Positions 12,827-25,032 are shown, counted from the first letter of the whole stretch. The stretch is DNA of 62,814 bases, filler included, from Phoronis australis (GCA_002633005.1; 8 parts of 8 records of this genome joined end to end with filler, not necessarily neighbours in it), one strand, 5' to 3'. Numbers and translations: made by a program. The notes: a model not told the origin generated them from the letters alone.

Positions 12827-14329
12827 AGCGGATTTGCAGCGACGCCATATTGAAATTAGTTAAAATGGTGCATTGTGGGTGCTGTGGTCAGGATTCCGAA
12901 AGCGGCCATAGTAACAAGCATAATACGCGGTATGAGCGCGAAGAAAACTTACGGCGGATTCACTTGTGTTCCTGGCTGCTTCAAAAACAACAAGAGAGAT
13001 AAAAATCTGAGTTTGTATGTGTTCCCTGCAAACCAAGAACTTTGTGAAAAATGGATAAACAACATTAGGAGACCTGGGAGTAAGGGGAAATTTAGCGCAT
13101 TCAAACGAACGCGGGGCCATCTAGTAGGCAACACGTAGCCCCTCGGTTGGCCATGTAGGGGCTACAATACTTCCATTCGCTTTCTGTACTCATTTCGTTA
13201 CTCCAGTGTATTTTAAACGGGCCGTGACCGGATTTGGGTTACCGATTTCGAGTTTTCACCTCGTCAAAAATACACTCTACACTTAAAACTATCATTTAAA
13301 AAACGCTTACTTTCATCATTGGTCCTTTCTACTTCTATACATATCTTTAATGAAGCTTAGTTGTGACAATTAAGTTGACTTTGGCGAAGAATTACAACTC
13401 CACTTTTTTGGTTGCCGTTAATTTTATCACCGCGTGCGCGATAACTACAAAGCATGTCAACTGAATCCCGTGAGTTAGGCGCAAGGTTAGACTGAGCGAA
13501 GCGCGTGACGCTAGCGCGCGACACTTGTAAAATAGCATGAGAAGGTATCGGGTGAAACTTGTAAGATGTGTGTCCCTTGGACTTTTTATTCGTCAACATG
13601 CGTAATTTCACGTAACTTCCTCAAAATGGCACCCGGTAACCGTGACTGAGAGAAACTCGAACAAACCGCAACAGATTTTCATCGATTCGTTCAAGTTTTG
13701 CTGACTAAATTGTATCCAGAGTCGTGGTATGTGTTAATTATAACTCCGTGTTCCTATATGTATGCCGGGTTCATTTGATTTTATTTGCTGTATTTTGAAA
13801 TGAGTAACTTTTTGTGAGGATGTACTATCGCCCCTGAATGCCTGCGGCATCCAGTGCGATGTAATTGCCTAGGGGCCATCGTGTGCATGTGCAGCGAACA
13901 TTTTCCTGGTGGAAAAAAGACTGATGAGAACAACATTCCGACGGAGTTTTCACTTAAAATTAACGTCTCTAGCATATCCACGACGAAAGCTACAAAAGTT
14001 AAGCAACCCAAGAACTCTCAACTTGTCTGAAATAGGAGGAGATTTCGAAATCAACGCCGATAACCCCAATACTGAACACGGCGACAGTCGTGCTCTCGGT
14101 CACACGGTCACTGATCATAGCTACGCTGTGTTTACAAACGAGAGAGAGGCCTTGCTTGGTATTATAAAGCAAAAAATGAAACATGGTTTTTAGTTTGCAA
14201 ATCACTCCAAATGCACACACTATCCAGCCTGCTCAAGACATGCCTGACCACAAGCTATCCCATGAGCCTTCGCGAAGGAAGTAACTCGCACATGCGCAAT
14301 GCGTAGTTCGTCTGCGCTGCAAATCCGCT
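12827..14329 (+). mobile_element. ISL2EU-like DNA transposon (deletion derivative) with THAP remnant
   Basis: 15-bp TIR AGCGGATTTGCAGCG; AT TSD (12825-26, 14330-31); THAP halves CVPGCFKN...FP...KW (from 12932) and CSEHFPGG...IPTEF (~13890-13950); second terminal copy at 43366-43439. Confidence 0.85.
13122..13871. mobile_element. 750-bp nested insertion with 9-bp TSD (candidate non-autonomous AcademH-type)
   Basis: GGGGCCATC direct repeat at 13113-13121 and 13872-13880; TAG...CTA ends with TAGGCAA/TTGCCTA; subterminal hairpin GTAGCCCCT...AGGGGCTAC; splits the THAP domain. Confidence 0.7.
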
Positions 14330-14331
14330 AT

Positions 14332-14886
14332 TGCTTATGTTGCTGCGCTTTACTTCTCGGTCACGTGGTTTCCCTTCGTCTGACAAGCGATGAAGCAGAA
14401 ACCACACAACTCATAATACAGGGTGGTGCGGATGCAAGCAATGGTGAACACTTAGCAGAGACTGACAATCGCAAGGAGTTGAAATACATGACCTGTGAAA
14501 TAGCTAAACAAAAGTTTGAGGAACAAAATGCAGCAAATTCGACTCCAGCAAGGAATGTCGCCAGCAACTGCAGAGTGAATGCCATTATAGTAATTGTATA
14601 TGCGTGTTTGTTACGAGGACTTGCTTACGGTGCCGCTCAACCGCTAATGGCGTATGCAGCGATGCCGTATGGTATCTTAACTTTCGATCTATCTCGGCGG
14701 CTTTCTTCTATCATGGAACCTCTTGGAAGTATTCTGCACGCCCTTTTCCCAACCCAGTCTATACAGGCATTGTCTTTGATCTTTGGAACGTACGTGACAC
14801 TCTGTGTATACGTTTGTGTAGTAGCTATTATGAGCCCTACGCCTCCTTTGGTTTCGACACTGCCTGAAATTGGTGGTGGTTTAGTG
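14332..14886 (+). CDS. SLC52-like gene, 3' part of the disrupted exon
   Basis: In frame with 12119-12826 once the element and one AT are removed; YAAMPYG and AIMSPTPPLV motifs (cf. YSCLPYG, A.LSPCPPL); GTAAGT donor at 14887; terminal exon not found. Confidence 0.8.
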
Positions 14887-15769
14887 GTAAGTATCTTAGT
14901 CTAAGTGCACATATATAGCTTATTTTTAAGTCGAACATAGCAAATAAGTTGATACTAATACGGTCAACACGTAGTATACTTACTCCTGTTGCGCCATGTA
15001 TCTGTCTTCGTGCGGGCATAGATCAGGTATTCCCAGCAGACGCTCCACTTTCCGGTTAGACAACTAGGTTTAAGGCCATGGTTGGGCTCCTCTCCGACCC
15101 CCTTCAAAATTGATGGAAGTGGATTGTGTCAGGTTTAACGGCAATTTTGTGGACGAAATGGAATCTATTGCCTCCAATGGCACTCAATAGTTCCTTGAAG
15201 TTGTTTTGACTCCAGAAATGTGGTCTCTGGTTTTACCTCTCTGGTTTGTTGAGTGGGGATTTTTTGGGCACGAATTAAGGTAGATTTCTTACAAGAGGAA
15301 AGTGACAAAAATATGGTTGATCATAACATGTTTCAACCTTAATGTCAAAGGCATGAGCTATTGGATTCTTGTCACCAGGGCAATTGTGAATCTGTTATTT
15401 TTGACAAAAAATGCCATTTTGGTCATTTCGGCTCATATTAAGGCCGTAGCAGGCAAAAGACATGGCTCTGGTGAGTTTCTTCATCTCTTAGAAACATCAT
15501 CGAGATGACATGAGATCAGGGCTTTTATTGACCCAAACACGTGATAACGTCAATACCAGCCAATGGAAATGTAGTCTTTCCCCGTACTTGCTGGAAGTGA
15601 AACAGTGACTCACTCCAGGCACCGCTAGTGAATAGTGACCTTGTTCGTACGGTCACAAGTTTTGATTATATACAGAGTTGGCAGTCCATGAACTATATGG
15701 TGCGGGCACGCTTGTAAGAACTGTTATAACAGGGAATGTTGGATCCATTGACTCAATATATCCCAGAAT

Positions 15770-16765
15770 GTTTAGTTGTACTCAACTAATCTCAACTTTT
15801 CTCAACTTATTCTGCCATCACCATACGAGCCTGTTGCTGACGTCATGTTTGTTATCGGCCTGCTCCCACAGATGGCGCAGCGATTAGTGGGAATAGTTGA
15901 AATGCGTGATTAGTGTCTCTAAAATTGTGAGCCTGATGATGACGTCATATACGTTATCTACGTACCATTCCGCAGGTGACGCATCGATTAGTAGGAACAG
16001 TTGAATTAGTTGATTTTAGTTGAATCCAACTAATCCCAAGTTTTCTCAACCTGTCCAGCTCTTATCTATTCAACTAACTCTACCATTTGTAGCGCCATCT
16101 GAAGTAGTACTGGCATTAGTAGTACTGGAAATAGTTGAATTAGTTGAAATGCGTGTTTTGTGTCCTTAAATTTGAGAACCTGTAGCTGATTACTTATTTG
16201 TTATCATCCTGGGAATAGTTGAATTAGTTGAAATGCGTGTTTGGTGTCTCTAAAATTATGAGCCTGTTGATGACGTACTGTACGTTATCTACCTGCCCGC
16301 AGGTGGCGCATCGATTAACAGGAGTAGTTGAATTAGCTGAAATGCGTGTTATACTTGATCTACCTTATTTCATCTCCCCGTTTTTTAGTGAATTCCCGCC
16401 GGTGGCGCAGCGATAGTTGAATCAATTGAAATGCGTATTTGGTGTCTCTCAAGTTTTGAGCCTGTTGCTGACGTCATGTACATTATATACCACCCCACAG
16501 ATAGCACAGCGATTAGTTGGAATAATTGAAATAGTTGAAATGCGTATTTGGTACGTCTCAAGTTGTTAGCCTGTTGCTGCAGGTCATATACGTTCTGTAC
16601 CAGCCAACAGCTGGCGCAGCGATTAGCGGGAAAACTTGAATTAGTTGAAATAAGTGTTCTGTGTCTCTCAAATAATTGTAAACCTGTTGCTGACGCAATT
16701 TACCTTATTTAACAGCACACAGATGGCGTATCGATTAGTGTCAATAGTTGAATTAGTTGAAGTGC
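15770..16765 (+). repeat. Diverged ~100-120 bp satellite array, resuming at 21003 to ~21370
   Basis: Repeated GAATAGTTGAATTAGTTGAAATGCGT...CCTGTTGCTGACGTCATG...CAGATGGCGCAGCGATTAG; some units inverted. Confidence 0.85.
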
Positions 16766-16994
16766 TACACTCTATCACAGTGCTAAACGAAAGTTAGCAC
16801 TGTAGAAGGTTGTTTAATATGGCCTCCCATTGGTTGAAGTAATGAAACTGACCTCATAACATTCAGCCATTCCCATTGGTTGAAAGTTGGAAAACCCCTT
16901 TCAGTTTACAAATTACGAAGTGTGGCGACCACGGATTTAAATAGTTGCATTTTATTAAAACGGACAGTGGTGGAAGTTAATAAGACCAAGAAAA

Positions 16995-17215
16995 CTCCGA
17001 TACAGTGGCTTAAGCCGAAACAAATCCGATGTATAGAGGTGTGTGTGTCAGTGGTGGCGATGTGGTCGTATATTGCCGACAGGATGATGGAAGTACCGCG
17101 GCCTATCTACGCGGACTTGCTTGCAGCCCGGGGACAATTTGAGAAGTCTGTGTGTCTAGTAATCAGCCCACTGAGTGCCATTCTGGCCCAACAGAGATAT
17201 ATAGGGAAGCTCTTT
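16995..17215 (+). pseudogene. RecQ-like helicase fragment
   Basis: WLKPKQIRCIE...(fs)SGGDVVV(fs)LPTG matches the Q motif / motif I region; SVCLVISPLSAILAQQ matches motif Ia (VISPL.AL..DQ). Confidence 0.7.
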
Positions 17216-17289
17216 TGGTGAAGAAGGTGAACTGGTGAACACTAACTTTGTTTTCATAATTACATGAGGTCACATAACTTGGCTCTATT

Positions 17290-17564
17290 CAGTGGCGGAT
17301 TTAGGGGGGGCAAGGGGGTCATGGCCCCTCTAAAATTCTACCAGATACCATTTGGGAGTTCTGATGCAAATTGCACATGCGCGCAACCAGGGGGCTCAAG
17401 GGTGATTAGGCAATGCATACCCTTTTCTTCTTTTTAGTCAACAGGTCCTCAAACACAAAATTCGAGACCCCTGCATCCCCACATTTTATGCTGGGCGCGC
17501 GCATCTGCCGAAATTCTGGTTATCCCCTGGCCCCGCCTAACTCAAAATCCTGGATCCGCCCCTG
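17290..17564. mobile_element. hAT-like MITE with 5-bp TSD
   Basis: CAGTGGCGGATT...GGATCCGCCCCTG; TSD CTATT on both sides. Confidence 0.85.
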
Positions 17565-19574
17565 CTATTAGTCGATCAACATGGCCAACATATCCTTGAT
17601 CTGGTTTGGCAAGGGGGCAAGCAGGACCTAGGTGATAAAAATCAGACTTGCTAAAATCAAGCCTCACGAACTCTAACACGGCCAACAATTGATCATCAAT
17701 TTTTTCAATACCGAATCTGAAAGCCATTCAACAAAATCCACAAAATCAGGGATGACAAGGATAAGAAACATAGAGCATCAGATCTGCAAAGTTTTAAAAT
17801 TCAACTTGCCTGAGCTGAAACAATTCTTAACAGAAACACTTTATTATTGTTAAATGCCTAGCACCAAATTAGCATAGTGATACATTAAGAATTATACTAA
17901 TTGCAGAAAGACGGTCAAATACCTGGAAAATTTGCATACTTCAATCAGGATTAAATAATAACAGTTTCATTTTTTAAATAATAACAGTTTCTTTATGACT
18001 ACATAATGTACCCTCTGTAAACAACAGCAGCAGATTTAATTATAACAGGCAATAATCATGACAAAATGGCAATTCCCAAAAATGTGCATATTCCTCAGAG
18101 GTAGATGTCATTTTTTAAGCATGTCAACTGCAATTATTTGTTCAGCATCTCATCATGGAACCGGAATTGAATTCGAATGCAGTATGATCAAAACAGGCAT
18201 ACTTAAGTACACTACAATATATACCACCAGTTTCCACAAAAGTTATTGTGATATTTAAACAAACAGAAGTGTATGCTGTAGCCAACAATGTTATAGGAAA
18301 AGCTGATTTCCAATCTCAGTGTGTATGTGGGCAGGTACGGGCACTAAAAAATGATCACAAGCAGTGAGAGTGCGGCAATGAGACCTCTTCTTGAGGGTCC
18401 ACCCACTTTTAGTCTATATATAAATATATTCTCCAGTTTGGGGCAGCCACTAAAATACGACCAGCCAAAGTTGAATTTTCTTGGTGAGAGACAATGGTTT
18501 ATTTTGGTGTTGTCCATCATATTTATATTAAATTTCGCAATGCATTTTGTGTGAACATAGAGTGAAAGTAGAATCAGCTGTTCAACAACATAATGGTATA
18601 CCCTTTGTTGGCTACTTTCAAAATTTTATACGATACAACCTCTGACACTGAGCAAAAATAATTTAAAAGTTCATTGTGCCAAACTAGAGAATTTTTACCA
18701 TGCATTGAATATTTTTTCATTTCTGATAGGTTTTCAAAGTTTTTGAGCATGCACATTCACCAATAATTAGTCCCCAGAATGCTTGCGCAGTCACACACCA
18801 GTGACGGATAAATAGCTAGAGAACATTAAGCATCTCTCAAAGTAGAAAGTCAGAAGAAGTATCTATAACTTAAAGTTCGAAAGGCCACAGTTATTACAGG
18901 ATATGCCAGGAGGGTTATTAGCATCCCTCTTGACACTGGAAACAAAAAATAAGCTGTAGAAGGCACACTCCTACCACCTGGCTTGTACATTCCCTTACAT
19001 ATAGAGAAAGGTCAACAATATACCGTGAAGCACTTACACACAGTAAAATCACGTTATAACAAAACCTCTCAAGACTTTTGAAAAAACCCGTTGTATCTGA
19101 AGTTAAATTTAACCAAAGTAATTTCCAAGTGGTATACCTGTCTTAGGACAAGAATGTTATGAGTGAGTAAACGTTAAAAACGGGCTCATTCTAACAAGGT
19201 TTGACTGTAGTAGAATTTTGGCTGGTTACACCTTAAGTAACAGTGACAATTTAAAAAAATAAAACAAAAAATAACTTTAAATATCTCTCCTTCAAGGTAG
19301 TATTGTATTCATGTATTACCTGCTCATGCATTGGTTTACTGTTTAACAAACATAGACCACAGAGAGAACTTTATCTAAAGAGATGCTATGTTTATCTGAA
19401 ATAAAAGTTGTTGAAGAAAACTATTCAGATTTGCATCAATTATTATTTGTTGTTTGAATTTTTCTACATTTTCTTATTCTGGCTATGGGCCTGTATTGTA
19501 AATTGTACTAAAATGCCACAATTTACATTGACTTTAAAATAAAGTTGTTTTAAGCCAAGATGAACGTGACATAC

Positions 19575-20427
19575 CTCAACCTCCACTAAGCTACTTGACA
19601 GGACATACGATATCACTCCCTATACCAGACAAAGAGGCTGACTTCTAGATTGCATGCACAGGACATTATAACAGAAATTCTTGGTATTATGCTATCTACC
19701 TTCTTTCCTCTTGACCTATTGTCAGGAGTTAACATAACCCCTACAATAAAGGAGAACAACACTGGAAATTTAAGTTTCATCTCATTGACAATGATGGTTC
19801 AGTCAAACTGGAATAACGTGTCATAAGAGTTTTTGTTCTTTACATGCAAGTGAGAAATACGTCCATGCTTTGAGCCAGTTATGGATTCGGCTATAGCATC
19901 ATTTTCCTTCATACGTTGTTCTGTAATGGCATATTTGAGTTCTTCATACTTCAAAATACTAGAAGCTCTTTCAGCAACCTTCTTTTCAGACGAAAATGCA
20001 CTTGTAGATTTCGAGAAGTGTTCAGTGCTAAATCACTGCAAATATTCTCATCAGCTGGTGAGCGTTTCTGTACTTCTTGAACAGCTGATGCTGGCTGGAG
20101 CTCAATAACTTTGCGACGGGTTTCTCTGCACTGGTCACCTCTAACTTCAGATCTGGCCGAGGGTAGAGTTGGTCTCTCCACCGCACAACGTTTGGGTCTG
20201 CACAACTTCTGAGTTTGTTTAATTTTTGATTGGAAATGAGTCACTTTGGTGTGAATCGTCTGTAAGAGTCTTTCACAATTTATGCAGATAATCCCCTCAA
20301 AAATATTGACACCACCATACAATGCTAAACGAAAAACGTCCCTTTGGTGAGTAGACAGTTGCAGACACATCAAGATCGACTCTGAGTCTTCACAGGTGCA
20401 TTAGCCTACTTGACACGCCTTGATCAC
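19575..20427 (-). pseudogene. Decayed transposase-like exon (Cys-rich N-terminus, resembles DUF6589-associated proteins)
   Basis: ICINCERLL zinc-finger-like segment; FQFD*TIIVNEMKLKFPVLF...IIPRIS...(fs)LCMQSRSQPLCLV*GVISYVL; AG acceptor and GTATGT donor; stops and frameshifts. Confidence 0.5.
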
Positions 20428-22609
20428 CTGAAAAGTTTGAGCTGTATCTTAACAACTTATCAAACACAAGCACAGTCTTCAGCCTCTGGCTCACACAAAG
20501 TAACAATTGATCACATCAAAAACCTAAAAACACTCTGGCGAAGTTGTAGTGAAGGCTGTAAAGACAGAAGACAATAATAAAGGCAAGGCTAATCAGCTTA
20601 GCACCACAGGCGCTTACCACGGTATTTTTTTAAACATAGGGCTGCCCAACACGCTCGCTCTTGGACTTGGCTTACTAGCCGGTCCCAGACCCAACTATGA
20701 CGACTTAGAAAGTTCACAATTTCGAACTTTATACAACTAACGTGGACATAAAACGTCTAAAATCAGAATTAGATTCAGGATGGGTCCAAATGCAATCCAT
20801 TAAAATGATTATTATTCCAGTGCAACAGAACACAAAGCAATATATACCCGGTACTTTTTCACGCACACAGTGAACCATTTTGTTTACATCGGAAATAAAA
20901 CCAAGGCATGCGCATTGATGCCCACACACGGAATTCCGTGTGTCGTTCATCCTGTTTCCACAGGGCCACTTTGCAGTATAGGTGGCGCTGTGTCAGAGGG
21001 TATTGAAGTGCCTGTTCTGCGTCTTTCAAGTTGTGAGCCTTTTGCTGACGTCATGTACGTTTTGTCTGCCTGCTGGTGACGCAGAGTTTCCAGGGTATAA
21101 TTAAATAGGCTAAAGTGGGTGCTCTGCCTCTTTAAGTTGTCAATTTTCTGCTCACTATTGTGTTTCGTCTACTTATTCATATGTGGCGCTGAGGTAGCTT
21201 GAAGTATTTGAATTTGATTAGAACTTAGCGTTGACTTAATTCTTATTTACCTGTGCATGAAGTCACCATTCCATCTTCCTTTGCACTTACATGATTTAGT
21301 GCCTCCTATTGCCGGTATTTATAAGAGTTCCAGAAAAGGCAACACAGGGGGCGCTGCAATTAGTTGAAGTACATCTTTCTATCAGTGGATCAGTAGAGCC
21401 CTACGAAAGATTCTGACATGGATATTACCGTGATGTATTTTCTTGGCGATGCAAAAGTCACCCAAATTACTTGTATTTTGGTTAAATAAGATTACATTGT
21501 TTTTGGAAATAATTGTGTTGAGTATGAGACGAAATTTCTGACTTAGGGGGTCCGAAGCAATTTTAATCATCGTTACTTTTTGAAATTTAATATTTCGTAT
21601 CTTGGTTTTAGTTTACTATTAGTAATGTGCAAAACTTGGGATCACCAAGCACCCTCAACAGTAACCTCTGGAAATCTTTACACTTACTAAAAAACACACA
21701 CTTCTAAATAAAGCTTGAAAAACCTGCATTCCGTAAAAGAGACGTGCCTCTGGTTTAGGATACACAGCGCTATAAAATTGGCCTCAGTTTGCAACATACT
21801 CTGGCAGTAGAGAAGGGTTTTTTCGTCTTGAAAAGAACTGACATTTCGTTATTCATCTTCAAAACCATGCTGGACTAATAAAATGACACGCCGTCACTAA
21901 GTCAACTTATAGACAATAACGAGGTACTAGTTCATTTCACGCCCAAAATCACATCTATGTTGACTGAGTAACACTTTGTGACCAATTAATGGTATGTGTC
22001 CTCAATAAAAACTAGGTTTTCTCTCACGGAAGTCGCTTTCAATGACCAAGTTCTTTTGAAAACGGAGTTCGTTGTGCGATGTCACTTTTATATTTTAGCG
22101 GCTTGAACTATGAACTACAAAATTTGAAAGTTATATTAGAACTGTGTCGAACACCGACACATATATTACTTACATTTTGTGTTGTGCCTCTCTCGTATTT
22201 AGTATGACTTCATTATGAACTTGATGTCGTTGCTATAACACACCTCAAACTCAACATTTCTCAAATTACGAAGTTTTTAGTTCTCTGAAATCAAAATAAA
22301 CGTTCAAAATGCGACGGGACGTTCGTAACTTTACGCTTATTGTTATTCTTTTTTAGTTGCAAATGTTCAGTTATTCTTATGCTACTGTCTTTGTTGCGTC
22401 TCAGTGCGCCTTTGTTACGTGGGAATGTGTGCGCGACTGTATGTGTCGGGCACTTCGCTAGCGACAGGCTTAGGAGAAGGGGGTTTCCTTCCTTTGCCTT
22501 CATGAAAATTGATCGTTATCATGTGCAATTGAACTGAAACGTATGCCTGATGAGAGGAAATACACATTTTTGATGTTCAGTGGAGACTTGCTCTGTTACA
22601 TAGTGACCT

Positions 22610-23430
22610 TGTTCGCTTACCCGCATTTTCAGGTAGTGAGAGCTCGGGTATTTCCTTTCAACAGTGGTTAGGCGAAGTTCAGTGTTTGCAGGTTACGTTG
22701 CAAAACGATGATTTTCTGAAACAAGCGATCAGACGCTCGTTGAGGGGCAGTGCAGCTGAATTGCTTGAATGTGATTTGTCTGTAAACGAATTGCTTAGTA
22801 AGTTAAAGTCTAGATACGGTGATGTGTTACCTGTTGGGAAAATTGTTGAAAAATTCTACAGTTCTAGACAGGATAAAAATGAAAGCGTTACCCAATGGGC
22901 TTGGCGCTTAGAGAAATTTGTAGTTCAAATGAAAATGTCTGAATCATGCCCCATTCCGAAAGAGGCGCTGCCATCTGTGCTAAAATCACATTTTGTGTCT
23001 GGTTTGCAGTCAAATGACGTCAGACTTGGTCTAAAGCATTTTGTGGAACACAATAGTGAAGAATCATTTGACGAGCTACTGATTTGTGCCCGTCGTTTAG
23101 ACACTGAGTTCAGCAGAAAATCGCAGTCACATCACTCTTTTGATAGTGGTGATAAAACTGATAAAATGGTCACTATGATCGATGCATTGGCTAAAAGAAT
23201 AGAGAAACTTGAAGATAGATTCACTCGAAATAGGTCCAATGTTTTCAACGGGAACTCTGGGTTCCGCGGACAACCCTATGGTAATGTGAACCGGCAACGT
23301 TCAGAACAACAGAGTATTTGCCAGTCTACTGATGTGCGGGCTGACAACTCTTTACCCAGATTCGACGGCGTTTGTTTCCGGTGCCATGAATACGGTCATA
23401 GGGCTGCCAATTGCACGGTTGCTTTAAAGT
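22610..23430 (+). mobile_element. Ty3/gypsy PNMA-like Gag (capsid plus zinc knuckle), no pol
   Basis: LPAFSG...FQQWLGEV...AIRRSLRGSAA capsid-like motifs; CCHC knuckle CFRCHEYGHRAANC; ORF tail after ~23430 is unrelated sequence. Confidence 0.85.
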
Positions 23431-24592
23431 CCTTCTCTCAAACTGCCCATGTGGTTCCAGTATTCGAAAATACTTACTACATAAAATCTTATTTTCGACA
23501 CCCTTTCTTTGTATTCTTTTCGCCTTTCTTGCCAAAAGCGATTTTTGAACAGCATTTGACCCTTCTCTCTGAGCATATGATTACCGGTTGTCATCGGTTA
23601 TTTCCGTACCCACATTTCCGGCTCATCAGTTCAGGAACTTGTCCTGAAAGACCGCCATTTTTCCTTGTAACTGAATGTGCTATCGCTTGCTCGAAAAGTC
23701 TTCATCATTTTGTTTTGTTAGTTATATGTCGTGATTCGTTTGCATATGTAGTGTATTTATAGTTTGTAGTTAGTGGTCGTTGATGTTTTTTGGAATGTTA
23801 CGCGTACTTAGTTTGTTAAAATAGCATTGGTGTTCAGTTTCTTGCGTAGGCCGGTCGAACCTAGGAACCAACTTATGGGTCGAAACTATTTTTTTTTTCG
23901 GTTTTATTTTTTTTTCTCGTTTTGAAAAAGTACTTTGCTATCATCGGAAAGGTAGTGCATTCTACTCAGTAAAAATCGAAAAGTATCAAAATCGGGGCAA
24001 GCAGTGTAAAGTTGTGGCGAAATTTGGGTCACTTTGTTTGGATCGCGTCGGCCATATTGGAGGACAGCGGGATAAGTTACGAGTTCAAAAATTTGTGTAA
24101 ATTGTTTTCGCCAACAAATTACGGTGAAATTTAGTTAGACATATCTTTACTTACTATTCTGCACGATTCAACAGTGTTCACCAAATTTCAGCCTCGCAGT
24201 TGTTACTAATTAAGTGATAAATGTGCTCACAATTCCCGTTGGACTTCGTCTCATTTCTTGCGGCACCGACAACATGGCGACTTTTGCTGAACTGAAAGGC
24301 ATGTTCAATCGGCTACTTTGTAATTTGTGAAGATTTAACGTTGATACATTTTGACAAACGCTGCTACAAAATAAGAAACTTTGTCCAATTTTCGTGTTTT
24401 TTGTGCAAAAATATAAGATTTATCCGAATTATTTTACTGTAAATTTCCCTTTCAGGTGATCTTACACTAAGCTAAAACAATGGTTGAAATAATTTTGAAA
24501 TGTTTTTTTGTTTGATTGTCAACTGCTGTTCAGGACTTGATTCGGTGTCACAAAATGATTCATATTTTTCTAAATTTTAAGTCTCAATTGCT

Positions 24593-24692
24593 NNNNNNNN
24601 NNNNNNNNNNNNNNNNNNNNNNNNNNNNNNNNNNNNTTAATTAATTAANNNNNNNNNNNNNNNNNNNNNNNNNNNNNNNNNNNNNNNNNNNN
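24593..24692. other. Assembly pad; also at 31698-31797, 43266-43365, 47835-47934, 51571-51670, 54538-54637 and 59579-59678
   Basis: Identical N44-TTAATTAATTAA-N44 spacer with stops in all six frames. Confidence 0.98.
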
Positions 24693-24693
24693 A

Positions 24694-25032
24694 GGTATCA
24701 CTTAAGTTTCCTCGGGAAATTTTTTTACACCGGCGCTTCTGATTGACTAGTAGAATTTTCTCTGATTGACTAGTAGAATTTTCAACATGTAGCGCTTTAC
24801 GCAAACAAACTGACATCATAGATATTCTATAGTCTATGCTGGCATGACTGATGGACTAATGAGGTCTGTTGTACAAACAAATCGGTGCTTAAAATTTATG
24901 TTCAGGAAATGTGAATCCTAGAAATTGTGGTTACGCCTTTTCGGAATGCATCTTTCTACTGTCGATGACTTTTGTTTACGATACTGTCCTGTATTCATAC
25001 AACATGAATAACACACTGGTTAAATCGGCCAG
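24694..25032 (+). repeat. Dispersed repeat, second direct copy at ~48400-48693
   Basis: Near-identical ATCACTTAA...TTTACACCGGCG...TAAATCGGCCAG. Confidence 0.85.

Larger units (their letters stand above)
16766..21002. mobile_element. Decayed AcademH-like (helicase-encoding) DNA transposon, 4237 bp
   Basis: 9-bp TSD TTGAAGTGC (16757-16765, 21003-21011); imperfect TIR TACACTCTATCACAG / TACCCTCTGACACAG; RecQ remnant (+) and transposase-like remnant (-). Confidence 0.7.

Noticed and set aside
12815-14306. Splicing out the ISL2EU-like element via GT at 12815 and AG at 14305-14306
   Set aside because: Phases do not match (0 versus 2), so this pair would frameshift the gene
15302-15508. Candidate last exon of the SLC52-like gene
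   Set aside because: Hydrophobic but lacks the expected SW...YVK and Q.GS..G motifs and a convincing acceptor
15770-16765. Repeat-spacer-like periodicity
   Set aside because: Sequences between the conserved words are homologous to each other, so this is a satellite
23430-23762. C-terminal ~110 aa of the 358-aa ORF as a Gag fusion domain
   Set aside because: Low-complexity, T-rich read-through into non-coding repeat sequence; no recognisable motif
24593-24692. Recurrent TTAATTAATTAA palindrome between N runs
   Set aside because: Artificial six-frame-stop linker between contigs, not biology; ORFs containing X are artifacts
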